Virus record (IMG/VR): IMGVR_UViG_3300018080_000098
Span: 124,001 to 188,000 of that record
Length of the DNA: 64,000 nucleotides
Reading direction: 5' to 3' (one strand)
Position 1 is the first letter of the stretch. Each line of letters opens with the position of its first letter. The notes beneath the pieces are model-generated. The model did no database searches. It saw only the letters and a program-made list of their open reading frames with translations, and had not been told where the DNA came from. A program made the translations under genes and the position numbers. This document shows positions 19,137 to 28,747 of this stretch, one piece after another.

Positions 19137-20016
19137 CCTCTTCCTCCTCTTCATCGTTGCCAAGGAATGCTTCCTCCAGCTCGTCCACGTCCTCTCCCCG
19201 TTGCCGTGCCTCTTTCAGCAACTGTTGCATCTGTGCATCTGATATTATGTCTGGGTAGTCTTCAAGCTCTTCTTCTGATATAGGTTGCGCCATAATTCGA
19301 TACACGTCGTCCAGATGTAGCGGTTCCACCTTCTTCCCCGTGTGCAAGGCAATAGCCATTCCGGTCGTAAGCAGTTCCGCATTGAGCTCCACAAACATGA
19401 AGTCATTGTCATTCCCCTCTATAGGCACCACTACCATAATAATCGCGTCCAGTATGTTCATCTCGTACGGTGGTTCCTGCGACTCGAAATTAGCTGCTAT
19501 TAGTAATGTAACAGAGTATTTTCCTATGGGCCATTTGTGGATATTCAACGAGTCCAGTGCACCAGCATGAATAAAATCTGGGCAGCTCAATGCTGGAGTG
19601 AACGCGGGTGCCCCCACTATCTCCCAAATAGGTTCGTCAACACTATCTGGGTGTTCTTCGTGTTTATCTATTTCGACGCTTATTGTAAATCCGTTGGCGT
19701 ATAACGCGTACAGCGTTTGGTGGTTTTCATCAACCAAGCTGAAAACAGATAGCCCCTTTTCCGCTACCTCTTCGGAGGCCACGTTGGCAAGCGTTGCTGT
19801 GTTCACCACTGTGCCTACTCGTTTCAACTCCTTACGGCCCGTTAGCTCCCCTGTTTTCGGGTCTGCTTCTTCGAAGGTGATCAAATCTCCTTCCCGTAAC
19901 GAGAATACCCCATCGTTGAGCTTCAGGTCGAACGTCTTCGTACCGTTCTTGTACTGCTCGAACTCTTCCGGATCACAAGCGTGCTTCAGATGCTGTACAG
20001 GTTCTCTTGTCAACAT
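19129..20016 (-). CDS. ASCH/DUF3850-like N-terminal domain protein
   Basis: KNGTKTFDLKLNDGVFSLREGDLITFEE...TGRK matches the G-x-K-x-x-E/D-x-R/K-x-N-D...GD pattern; start at MLTREP, 3 nt after the RNR stop. Confidence 0.6.
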   Translation of the reverse strand: MLTREPVQHLKHACDPEEFEQYKNGTKTFDLKLNDGVFSLREGDLITFEEADPKTGELTGRKELKRVGTVVNTATLANVASEEVAEKGLSVFSLVDENHQTLYALYANGFTISVEIDKHEEHPDSVDEPIWEIVGAPAFTPALSCPDFIHAGALDSLNIHKWPIGKYSVTLLIAANFESQEPPYEMNILDAIIMVVVPIEGNDNDFMFVELNAELLTTGMAIALHTGKKVEPLHLDDVYRIMAQPISEEELEDYPDIISDAQMQQLLKEARQRGEDVDELEEAFLGNDEEEEEDE

Positions 20017-20018
20017 TT

Positions 20019-22754
20019 TTAGCACTCCGTGTGCATGCAGGTTACACAGTAGGGACACTTGCCCGGGATATTGACGTACGTAGCGTTTCCACACTTTGGG
20101 CAGATGTCGAAGTCGAACCCGACGTGGTCGATTTCTGTGTCTTCTTCGTTGAACACGTCCCGGTCCTCGTTAGTAATCCAAGCAGTTACTTCTTGCTGGT
20201 CCACCTCCTGGTCGCCCGCCAACTGCTTCAGGAATGGTTCCACTTGGTCTTCCCCCATCGGAACGTTCGCCATCGGGAAGTTCCCAGACAGGTACTCGTG
20301 TAGTATCTGAGCGATACCATCCGGCAACGACATCACCTTGTCTGGGCCAAATCCTACCTGCCCACGTCCCGGTATCCGATGTAGTTGGTCTCGGATAATC
20401 TCTAGGCGAGCCTCCTGTGAAATAGTTTCCCCGTCTGGCATCCGCAAAATCACCGATATCAGCCGACCCAGCGCTTGCACGTCCGCGGATACGTCCCCCT
20501 TCCCACTCACCAAAAACAGATCGTACGGCTTCCCTGTCTTGTGGTGCATCCGTAACGTCGCATGCAGACGCCCAACCGGGGTCTGCTTGCTCATCGTGAC
20601 CCCTATGCCACTCTCGATTTTCGGTCGCAGCACCGCCATGCCGTTCTGCTTCTTGTACTCGTCCACCACCACTACTGGAATGTCCCTTTCCTTCGGCTTG
20701 CTTCGCTTTTTCTCTTCTTCCTTGTAGTAGAGCACCTGCTTGTCTCGGCTACCATCTCGGTAGACTGTTCCACCCTTGCAGCCGAGGTCGTACATCAGCT
20801 TGTACGCTCGAGCTACATCGTCCCGCGTAGCACTGTTGGGCAAATTAACAGTTTTGGAAATAGATGCATCTATCCATTTTTGTGCTGCGGCCTGCGTGCG
20901 CACATGTTCCTCTGGAGTGATATCCTGCGTCGTTACGAAGTAATTGGGGAATTCGTTACCGTACTTCTTCCTCATCTCAGTGAGGATATTGGCTTCTTCA
21001 TCCGCTGATCCTATCCGGCTTCGCGCAACCCATGCTGGTAGGAAGTAAGGTTCGATACTTGTTGTTGTCCCTAAGTACGTTCCTACTGAACCTGTAGGGG
21101 CAATTGTGTTCAGCGTTACATTGCGTATACCATGGCTACGTATATTATCTACGAGGTCCGGGTGCGCCTCTGTGAGCTTTTGTACAAACCTAGACTGCAA
21201 ATACTTGTTGGCATCAAACTTTGGGAATGGTCCACGTTCTTGCGCAAGCTGTATTGATGTACAATAGCTCGTATATGCTAACTCACGGAATAGGGCGTCT
21301 GTGAACTTGATAGCAGCGTCGGAGCCATAGCGAAGCCCTAATCGCACGAGGAGTTCACCGTATCCAAGAATGCCCACCCCCACACGGCGTTCATCGTGCT
21401 GCTGTTGCTCATTTTCTTTAATGTGATAATTGTTTAGGTCTGTTACATTGTCGAGGAACCGCACCACCATAGAGACCACGGCTTTGAACTGGTCTTTGTT
21501 AAATGCTTGCCACGCGTCTTCCCAGGTCGCTCCTTTTTTCGGAAGATGCTCCACTCCATTTTTTACGAACTTTGCTAGGTTAACGTGCCCTAAATTGCAC
21601 ACGCCGAACTTTGGCAAATTTTGCTCGCCACAAGGATTTGTACAACTAAGCCTATTGAAGTAATAGGAGTTCGACATCTTGTTGGAGCGTTCCATGAACA
21701 GCAGCCCCGGCTCTCCGGACGCCCATGCATGATCGATGATCAGCTGCCAAAGCCATTTCGCTTTCACCACGTTGTGAACGTTGACCGGCTTTCCCTCTTC
21801 TTTCCATTTGTCTAGGTCCCCGTCCCAGCTTTTGTCGTAGGAAGGATGGGTTGTGTCTGGAAACACAAGTTCCCAATCTTCGTCACGTTCTACTGCTTCC
21901 ATGAAGGAGTCAGAAATTAGAACGGACACGTTCGCGTTTTTCAGCAGCTCTTTGCTACGGGAAATTTTTTTCCCATCGACTACAAACTCTTCACGTAACG
22001 ATTTTGCTTGAATGAATTCGACGATGTCGGGATGCCAACACCACAATCCACATAATGCGGCACCCCTTCTCGAGCCACCTTGTTCGACGGCTCCAGTGAT
22101 CTGTGAGTACTGCTCCATCCAACTTACTGCACCACTACTCCTCCCGTTCACTTTTTTCACCACAGCACCACGAGGTCGATGGCTGCTATTGTCCCACCCA
22201 ACACCTCCGCCAAGACTGAAGGTGTCAAACAAGAGCGCCCAATGATTCGCAATGCCCCTGCGGCTATCGTGTGGAGGAGGAAACACGTAGCAATTGAAAA
22301 AAGTAAGCGTCCGGTCCTTGCAGCCCAGACCCGCCAAGATACGCCCAGCCGGAATAAACTCCCGATTCACCATCGCTTGGTAAACCGCGTCCTGAAACTC
22401 CTTGTTGTCAGGCTCGTTCTCTACCACCCCCGCAGACACCCTCCTGCAGATGTCCTCGTAACAGGTCTCCTTGAGCACCTCAATCTTGTGCCGTTCCAAC
22501 CCCGTAGCCACCTCCCACTCCTCTTCCGGTAACGAACGGTCCACCAGCTTGACGCTGAAAAGAGGAGCCCCACCGCCATCCTCCTTCTTCATTACCACCC
22601 CCACCTCGCGCGATTCGATCTCCTCCCCATCCCTCTCAAAACGTCGCTTCATCGATACCACCACCCGAGCTCCAATCTCCACCTCTGCTGTAGCGTCTTT
22701 TTGTGCGTAGCGATCAGCTAGGATCCTCTCCTGGTAGTCCTTCGACGATGGCAT
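20019..22754 (-). CDS. nrdJ: Class II (adenosylcobalamin) ribonucleotide reductase with C-terminal TSCPD-like and Zn-ribbon domains
   Basis: FIPAGRIL, FNCYV, GGGVG, TNPCGEQ, CNLGHVNL, TIAPTGS, SISKTVN, YRDGSR, C-terminal CPKC...CPYCVTC; no NrdB in the window; start set at MPSSKDY. Confidence 0.9.
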   Translation of the reverse strand: MPSSKDYQERILADRYAQKDATAEVEIGARVVVSMKRRFERDGEEIESREVGVVMKKEDGGGAPLFSVKLVDRSLPEEEWEVATGLERHKIEVLKETCYEDICRRVSAGVVENEPDNKEFQDAVYQAMVNREFIPAGRILAGLGCKDRTLTFFNCYVFPPPHDSRRGIANHWALLFDTFSLGGGVGWDNSSHRPRGAVVKKVNGRSSGAVSWMEQYSQITGAVEQGGSRRGAALCGLWCWHPDIVEFIQAKSLREEFVVDGKKISRSKELLKNANVSVLISDSFMEAVERDEDWELVFPDTTHPSYDKSWDGDLDKWKEEGKPVNVHNVVKAKWLWQLIIDHAWASGEPGLLFMERSNKMSNSYYFNRLSCTNPCGEQNLPKFGVCNLGHVNLAKFVKNGVEHLPKKGATWEDAWQAFNKDQFKAVVSMVVRFLDNVTDLNNYHIKENEQQQHDERRVGVGILGYGELLVRLGLRYGSDAAIKFTDALFRELAYTSYCTSIQLAQERGPFPKFDANKYLQSRFVQKLTEAHPDLVDNIRSHGIRNVTLNTIAPTGSVGTYLGTTTSIEPYFLPAWVARSRIGSADEEANILTEMRKKYGNEFPNYFVTTQDITPEEHVRTQAAAQKWIDASISKTVNLPNSATRDDVARAYKLMYDLGCKGGTVYRDGSRDKQVLYYKEEEKKRSKPKERDIPVVVVDEYKKQNGMAVLRPKIESGIGVTMSKQTPVGRLHATLRMHHKTGKPYDLFLVSGKGDVSADVQALGRLISVILRMPDGETISQEARLEIIRDQLHRIPGRGQVGFGPDKVMSLPDGIAQILHEYLSGNFPMANVPMGEDQVEPFLKQLAGDQEVDQQEVTAWITNEDRDVFNEEDTEIDHVGFDFDICPKCGNATYVNIPGKCPYCVTCMHTEC

Positions 22755-22931
22755 AGATTGTCCTTTTACAACTGATTCCAAGGTGTTGCGAACCATTCCC
22801 TCCTTGCGCACTCGACAATAATTGTGGCGCTCTCCGTTCTAGCACCAGCTGTGCGCAGGAGGAGGAAAGCCGACCACCACGGCCCGGCTTCCCCTTACAA
22901 CAGTTTTACAAGGTAGCGTTGGATTCTGACG

Positions 22932-23132
22932 CTAACGGCGGCAGCCGCAGCGAGGGCAGACTTGCATGTCCCGACCAGGATGCTGTGTAGACCCCGTTCG
23001 GAACATCTTCCGGTTCATTCCACCACCACAATTCGGGCAGCCACCAGAAGTCCCAACCTTCCTACTCGCTCCTCCCGGAACGGTCGACTCTCTCTGGACG
23101 TCCGCATCCGTGTTCTCTTTCTCCGATGGCAT
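22932..23132 (-). CDS. Small Zn-ribbon protein
   Basis: CPNC...CPRC; start at MPSEKEN. Confidence 0.6.
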   Translation of the reverse strand: MPSEKENTDADVQRESTVPGGASRKVGTSGGCPNCGGGMNRKMFRTGSTQHPGRDMQVCPRCGCRR

Positions 23133-23142
23133 CCTCTTCCTC

Positions 23143-23805
23143 CTAGTCTTCACCGAGCAGCTTGTCCACCTCAGAGCTCGGCAACACGATAGCACCCGTA
23201 GAGCCCAAAGGACCGCTCGTCGGCTTGAACTCACAGTCAATACGCATGAGCTCGTCGGTCTCGTTTACCTCCAACACCTTGAGCACCCGCAACCCCGTTA
23301 CAGGCTCCAGCTCTGCACGCTCTGCCAGCTGCTTCTCGAGCTCCTCTCGGTCAGCAACCAGTTTGGCGTTTTCAGCCTTCGCACCATCCAGCTGACGCAG
23401 CAGCTCAGCCTGCGTCTCCTGATGCTTGCCCTTTACCGCCTCGAGCTCCTCCTTCAACTTATCAACCTGATCATCCTGCCCCTCTCCGTCAAGAGCCTCC
23501 TCCAATTTCCCCTCAAGCTCCGCATTCCTCCTCTCCAACCCCTCGATCTTCTCGTTGATAGCTTCCTGGTCCTTCTCCCATCTACTCCGCATATCCGCGA
23601 GCTTCTCCGCCTCCGCTTTCACCACCTGAAGTTCCTCGTTCTTCGCCCGCAGCTCCACCACTTTCTTCTGCAGCTTCTCCACACCTACGTCTTCCTGTGC
23701 CTGCTGGCCCATCGGAGGCCCCATGTGTACATCTGTGTGTGGCGCTTTCTGTGGCTTGATTCTGCTGAGCTCCCCACGACGAAGTCTTTGCATGTTCTTG
23801 CGCAT
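23143..23805 (-). CDS. Coiled-coil protein
   Basis: Long E/K/L heptad-rich stretch. Confidence 0.7.
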   Translation of the reverse strand: MRKNMQRLRRGELSRIKPQKAPHTDVHMGPPMGQQAQEDVGVEKLQKKVVELRAKNEELQVVKAEAEKLADMRSRWEKDQEAINEKIEGLERRNAELEGKLEEALDGEGQDDQVDKLKEELEAVKGKHQETQAELLRQLDGAKAENAKLVADREELEKQLAERAELEPVTGLRVLKVLEVNETDELMRIDCEFKPTSGPLGSTGAIVLPSSEVDKLLGED

Positions 23806-23820
23806 GTCTTTTCCCTTTTG

Positions 23821-24348
23821 CTATTCGGTCCGAAGATGGACCAATTTATAGTCGTGTGCGTACTTGGCAACATTGGCCGCATCCACTTCATGTTCAGTGC
23901 TCAGATGCTGCCACTCCTTGTACGTTGTGATGTCGTACTTCTTTTTGATCTTCCCCTTCACCTTTTTATTGGAATACCCCACCTCGAAATTCCGCGCGAG
24001 CCACGCTTTGTGCTCAGCTGCCGTAACAAGCTCGCAGCCTATGCCATGGAAACGACAGATCATCCGGCACTGCCCAATCATCAAGTTCACGAGCTCCATG
24101 TTCTTCACAGAACCACGACCAGGACGTTGATGAAACCGCTCGATACAACAGATGTCCGCTTCAGCATACCGAACTACCCGCTCGAAGAAAACACCCACGG
24201 TGTCCAATCTGTCAATAGTTTCAGCACCTTCTATGACTTCGGTCTCCTCGAGACCGTCGTCCCCGTAGATGGCCCATGCGAAATTGACTTTGCCAGGGTC
24301 GCAGCCCAGCACCCGAAAATCAGGAGTTTCTATAGCTGAATCAGACAC
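23821..24348 (-). CDS. ruvC: RuvC-like Holliday junction resolvase
   Basis: VLGCDPGKVNFAWAI, CIERF, EHEVDAANVA (D, E, D acidic set). Confidence 0.8.
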   Translation of the reverse strand: MSDSAIETPDFRVLGCDPGKVNFAWAIYGDDGLEETEVIEGAETIDRLDTVGVFFERVVRYAEADICCIERFHQRPGRGSVKNMELVNLMIGQCRMICRFHGIGCELVTAAEHKAWLARNFEVGYSNKKVKGKIKKKYDITTYKEWQHLSTEHEVDAANVAKYAHDYKLVHLRTE

Positions 24349-24379
24349 CGTAATTTGCCTCGTAATATATTTTACAACA

Positions 24380-24997
24380 TCAGTAATTGATAACCTGGTT
24401 GGTGTTCAGTACGATCCCTGAGATGATTTGGTGTTTGTGCATCCGGAAAAGTCCGTGCAACTCCCGTAAAGCGTCAATGCACTGTGGAAGTGTAGCCGCT
24501 ACTACTGTGGTTGCGTTTACTACGTCGTTGTTTGGATGAACTCCGGCAGCTGTTCTGTGCGCATCGTATTTCCCTTGGAGGGCTCCAATGAATATTACCA
24601 AGGCGGCAAGGTTAGTAGGTGCAGCAGACGTCTCCAGGTTGCCTGTATCGGCCAACGAGTGCACGGCGAGGCTGACAATGTGAGCATTGTAGGCGTTGCG
24701 GATGTCGTCTGCAGTGCTAAGCGCAGACGGAAGGTCGAAGGCTCCAAAGGGTGCAGGAAGGTGGCCAAGGTCGTTCACTATGTGTACGTTGGTGAGCTCC
24801 ACCACCTCGAGCTCCCCTCTTTGCATGTAGCTGGCGAGGTCTGATTTCGATCCAGCACCCCATTTTTTGAGCTCCTCCTGCGTAATCTGTCTGGTCTGCC
24901 CTGGACCGAGACCAATGTAGATAGGACGCCCCTGCGCACCCATGTAACTGGAGGCAACGCCAACTCGGTAGGTAGATGTATTTCGGATTTCGATCAT
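24380..24997 (-). CDS. Putative virion protein, paralog A
   Basis: Colinear similarity to 25014..25646 throughout. Confidence 0.7.
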   Translation of the reverse strand: MIEIRNTSTYRVGVASSYMGAQGRPIYIGLGPGQTRQITQEELKKWGAGSKSDLASYMQRGELEVVELTNVHIVNDLGHLPAPFGAFDLPSALSTADDIRNAYNAHIVSLAVHSLADTGNLETSAAPTNLAALVIFIGALQGKYDAHRTAAGVHPNNDVVNATTVVAATLPQCIDALRELHGLFRMHKHQIISGIVLNTNQVINY

Positions 24998-25013
24998 GAA
25001 GGAGCTCCAGTTG

Positions 25014-25646
25014 TTAGTAGGTAATTATCTGGTTCGGGTTCAATACGACCCCTGCAGGCGGATTCCATTGGCGCTTGTGCTGTCTGAATTTCCAGTCAAG
25101 CTCTTTGAGAGCATCGATGTTCTGAGCTAGTGTGCCTGTGGCAGCAGCTACTGTGTTCCATATGTCGGCTACCACATGGGTGGCTGCCCCAAGGCCAAGA
25201 TGTGTGTTGAAGTTTCCTTGCAGGGATACAATAAACGCGGTAAGCAGAGGTAATGTGGTAGGTTTGCCCAACGTTTCCAGATTCGCAAGGTCGGGCGCGA
25301 GGTGAATGTTAGCGCTGACGATGTGCCCGTTGTAGGCGTTGCGAATGTCATCTGCAGTATCGCAGGCAGACGGCAAGTCAAACGCTCCGAACTGAGCTGG
25401 CTTGTTCCCCAGATCGTCCACAATGTGCAGCGCAGTCAGCTGGGTTACCTGGAGGATTCCACGCTGAACGTAGCCTGCGAGATCTGCCTTCGACCCATCC
25501 CCCCAGTTACGCAGCTCCTCCTGCGTCAGCCGTTTCAACTCTGACGGGCCAAGTCCTATGTAAAGTGGGCGTCCCTGTGCTCCTGTGTAGCTAGAGGACA
25601 GGCCGACCCTGTACTGTGACGGATTGAAAATTTCGACCATTCCCAT
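25014..25646 (-). CDS. Putative virion protein, paralog B
   Basis: YRVGLSSSYTGAQGRPLYIGLGP versus YRVGVASSYMGAQGRPIYIGLGP in paralog A. Confidence 0.7.
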   Translation of the reverse strand: MGMVEIFNPSQYRVGLSSSYTGAQGRPLYIGLGPSELKRLTQEELRNWGDGSKADLAGYVQRGILQVTQLTALHIVDDLGNKPAQFGAFDLPSACDTADDIRNAYNGHIVSANIHLAPDLANLETLGKPTTLPLLTAFIVSLQGNFNTHLGLGAATHVVADIWNTVAAATGTLAQNIDALKELDWKFRQHKRQWNPPAGVVLNPNQIITY

Positions 25647-25656
25647 GGTGTACTTC

Positions 25657-26595
25657 CTACCGCGGCACCTTCATGAACGGCTGCCCCTCCTGGACCACCT
25701 TCGCCTGAACGTCCCAACTCGTGAGCTGCCCATGTGGTGCGAATTCTTTCGCCTCGAAGATCTTCCATCGGGAATCCCCCTCAACAGAAGCCAGAAAATC
25801 TTCGGTGGTTATCGATTTGAGCGTACTATCCATCCAAAACAACTGGATCTCCCAGTTGTCAATCAGCCCCAACTCTTCCAACATATCACTCTTCCCAGTA
25901 CGAGGAATGTTGGCCTTGACCACGTTGTTGTGAATATTTTTGTAACGTAGGTACACCGTCTTCAAAAACGGCGACGGGGTCTTTGGTGACTCCCGACTCA
26001 TCTCCACTCGAATATCTATCCACGGATTGAACAACCGCTGCTGCACGTTGGCCCGAGTAAGCAGCACCCACGTCTGGTCGGATGGAGCTTTCACGTACGC
26101 CTTCATACTTGTCCCAGGTTCAATCAGATAGTCGGAGTGCAGCGCGTCAATCTCCCCTGTAGTAGACGTCAAAGGAATCCTCGCTTCAATAGAACCGAAA
26201 CGAGCTCCATCGATCAGCACCAAAGGAGTCGGCTTCCTTCTCCTCTTCCAATCAGGAATAACATTCGACGTACGCAGATTCGGGTAAGTAACATCCACCA
26301 CCTGCAGCGTCGTGCCGTACTTCTGATACCCACCAACAATTCCTGTGCCAAAGCACGCTCGACACATCCCGTCCGGGCTCGTCTCCACATCAAAGCAGCT
26401 GCACCGACGTCCTGCACGTATCGCCTGGTAGAAGAAAATACTGATGGGAACTGTTTTCACAGCCATCTTGTTCCGCTGCTCAATTCGTGGAATGAGCTGC
26501 TCTACCGCAATGTCGTGAGCATGCTTCTCCAGTATTTGTGACCCATCAGTCACTGGAGCTGCTTTGTGGGTGGGCCTGTAGCTTCTTGTAGCCAT
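25657..26595 (-). CDS. Putative neck/head-closure protein
   Basis: RRCSCF...CRACFGTGIVGGY Cys cluster typical of large-myovirus head-tail connector proteins; product is inference. Confidence 0.55.
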   Translation of the reverse strand: MATRSYRPTHKAAPVTDGSQILEKHAHDIAVEQLIPRIEQRNKMAVKTVPISIFFYQAIRAGRRCSCFDVETSPDGMCRACFGTGIVGGYQKYGTTLQVVDVTYPNLRTSNVIPDWKRRRKPTPLVLIDGARFGSIEARIPLTSTTGEIDALHSDYLIEPGTSMKAYVKAPSDQTWVLLTRANVQQRLFNPWIDIRVEMSRESPKTPSPFLKTVYLRYKNIHNNVVKANIPRTGKSDMLEELGLIDNWEIQLFWMDSTLKSITTEDFLASVEGDSRWKIFEAKEFAPHGQLTSWDVQAKVVQEGQPFMKVPR

Positions 26596-26711
26596 TTATT
26601 CACACAAAAATGCACTCCACCTTCGTGGCGTACATATCCGTTTATACCTAACCTAAATCTGAAACGTTATTGTTACCTTATAAGTAACGGCGGAAACAGG
26701 AACAACAAGTA

Positions 26712-27896
26712 ATGCAGTATGCTCGTGCTACATCGGCAGTGTTTGAAGCTTCCTTTGTAAACCAGGATGGCGAGCCCATCCCCGCTTTGAACACAACGAA
26801 CTCCCCGACGGTCGATATCAAGGACCCAGCTGGTACTTCTGTTGCTACTGGCATTGGAAAGCCGTTGGGAGGCGGAAAATACTCCTTCCAGTGGTTTGTT
26901 CCGGCGGATGCGGAAATCAACACGATGGATCGCCCCTGGTCCATCACTTGGTTCTTCGTTACCGATACAGGCCACAACAAGGACTACGAAGAGACTTTCA
27001 ACGTAGTCGACGAGGTAGAACCCGAGCCTGAGGAGCGCAAGTGGACCTATCTTACGCGTTCCGGGAAGAGCGAGCGCATCTTACTCCCATTGGACGCGCA
27101 GCCAGAAGAGATGGGACTGGACATTCTGGATGCCTCTAACAACATGTACGTCAGCATCACTCCAGGCACGAACACGGTAACGGATGACGTGAAGGCTGCT
27201 TCGACTGCGACCGCTCTTGCTAGTCGGAAAATCGGGCGCATTATTCGGGATGGTAGGTATCACTACTTTTTCGATACAGACCCGTTGGAGATGGGTGAGT
27301 ACCTGGTCTTCTGGCGTATTCGCGAGACGTCCGTGTCTCCGGAGGATGAAATTCAGCAGCTATTACGAGTGCCAGAAATGAATTTCTGGCGATTGGTACA
27401 GCCGTTACGGATACTCATTGACAAGCTGCAGAAGCGCATCGGTTGGGTACAAGCGTATGCGGACAGTGATGTCTACGAGTACATATTACGTGGGATGGAC
27501 GCGGCCAACTTCGTACAACCAACTACGAATTGGACGTTGAGCTCCCTTCCGCTCAAATCGTCTCGCGGCGTAATTAGCGCGGTGTTACTTTACGCTGCTA
27601 CGTGGGGCCTCATCTCTCAGCAGATATTGGAGGTGGAGCTTCAGTACGACCATGGTGGTCAGACGGTTCAGCTAACTTACAATCACGATTACTCGGGAAT
27701 ATTAGGGCTCATCAACGGGTTGCTGGACAACTTCAAGGAAAGCAAGCAGCACATCTACCGGATCGCCAACGGTCCGGGGCTCGTTGGTGTACGTCCGAAG
27801 AACTGGCGCTACAACAATCGTGTGTGGCGCGTGGATAACTGGGGCAGTGGGTCGCCCTACGATGTAGCAGCGCTTGCGACTTCGCTCGGTCTGTAG
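26712..27896 (+). CDS. Putative head-tail adaptor/virion protein
   Basis: N-terminal Ig-like segments; C-terminal helical part ending YDHGGQTVQL resembles neck adaptors; product is inference. Confidence 0.55.
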   Translation: MQYARATSAVFEASFVNQDGEPIPALNTTNSPTVDIKDPAGTSVATGIGKPLGGGKYSFQWFVPADAEINTMDRPWSITWFFVTDTGHNKDYEETFNVVDEVEPEPEERKWTYLTRSGKSERILLPLDAQPEEMGLDILDASNNMYVSITPGTNTVTDDVKAASTATALASRKIGRIIRDGRYHYFFDTDPLEMGEYLVFWRIRETSVSPEDEIQQLLRVPEMNFWRLVQPLRILIDKLQKRIGWVQAYADSDVYEYILRGMDAANFVQPTTNWTLSSLPLKSSRGVISAVLLYAATWGLISQQILEVELQYDHGGQTVQLTYNHDYSGILGLINGLLDNFKESKQHIYRIANGPGLVGVRPKNWRYNNRVWRVDNWGSGSPYDVAALATSLGL

Positions 27897-27927
27897 GACT
27901 GGGTAGCAAGCACAAAGGAGTTTCGAG

Positions 27928-28731
27928 ATGGATATTCAGGAGATGGTGGACAAGAACATTCCGATTTACGTAGTGAACCGCAGTGCGCGAGTGTTGGGGA
28001 AGGCACACGTGCTGGTGATCGAGTTTCCGCATCCGACGGGTGCGCGGGGCAGCACGGTGAAGATTCCTCCCATCAAGCATCCGATCAATCTGACGCGCCG
28101 GGTAGCACCTCCGCAGGCCATTCCGTTGAGCACAGCGTTCATTGATTGGGTGAACAAGGGGGTGTTGGAGATTATCGATGTAGATCGGGCGAAGGAGATT
28201 CTGTCGGACCCGGAAGTCCAGGCTTCTATTACGCACGCGTACAAGAAGTTGGACACTCGTCGTGGGGAGGCGTTGGTAAACCGGCCGCAGTTCGCAGTGA
28301 AGGCTGGTGGTTCTCGGGAGACACACGCGGTGGCAGATTTGTCGGATGCACGTTTGAGCATGACAGATTTCCAGAGCAGTGTGCCACCGGGGATGGATTT
28401 GCCTCAACCGAAGCCACAGGGTGCGTTGGAGGTGTCAGCGGAGACGATTAAGATTAATCCTAAGCTCCAGCAGTTCTGTGCGGACCTGCAGGAGGACCCT
28501 TCCTTGAAGGGGGACTATCTGTTGGAGCTCAAGGGATGGGATGAGGAGACGTTGAGTGACGACGATGTTGGGTATATGCTGTCTCACTTGAGCGAGTTCG
28601 ACAACATCTGTGCGTACCTGCGGTCTATCAAGGCGGATCGGGCTGGGGAGAAGCCGAAGGCTACTTCTAAGAAGCGCGGTCGGAAGCGCGGTAACAAGGG
28701 CCCTTCCATCATGAATGAGGACGACCTGTAG
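27928..28731 (+). CDS. Hypothetical protein
   Basis: 267-aa ORF with AAAGGAG SD; basic C-terminus KKRGRKRGNK. Confidence 0.75.
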   Translation: MDIQEMVDKNIPIYVVNRSARVLGKAHVLVIEFPHPTGARGSTVKIPPIKHPINLTRRVAPPQAIPLSTAFIDWVNKGVLEIIDVDRAKEILSDPEVQASITHAYKKLDTRRGEALVNRPQFAVKAGGSRETHAVADLSDARLSMTDFQSSVPPGMDLPQPKPQGALEVSAETIKINPKLQQFCADLQEDPSLKGDYLLELKGWDEETLSDDDVGYMLSHLSEFDNICAYLRSIKADRAGEKPKATSKKRGRKRGNKGPSIMNEDDL

Positions 28732-28747
28732 GAGTTTAGGAAAGCCA

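Noticed and set aside
22814-22826. NrdR box or cobalamin riboswitch upstream of nrdJ
   Set aside because: The palindrome CACAA-TTA-TTGTC has a 3-nt centre rather than the 4-nt NrdR spacing, and no B12-box sequence is visible; only a plain hairpin lies nearby.
22966-24339. Long opposite-strand ORFs (also 8068..8973, 11945..12844, 36837..37748, 38048..38881, 46325..47791)
   Set aside because: They lie antisense to well-supported genes, lack SD sites and motifs, and have the composition of shadow frames.
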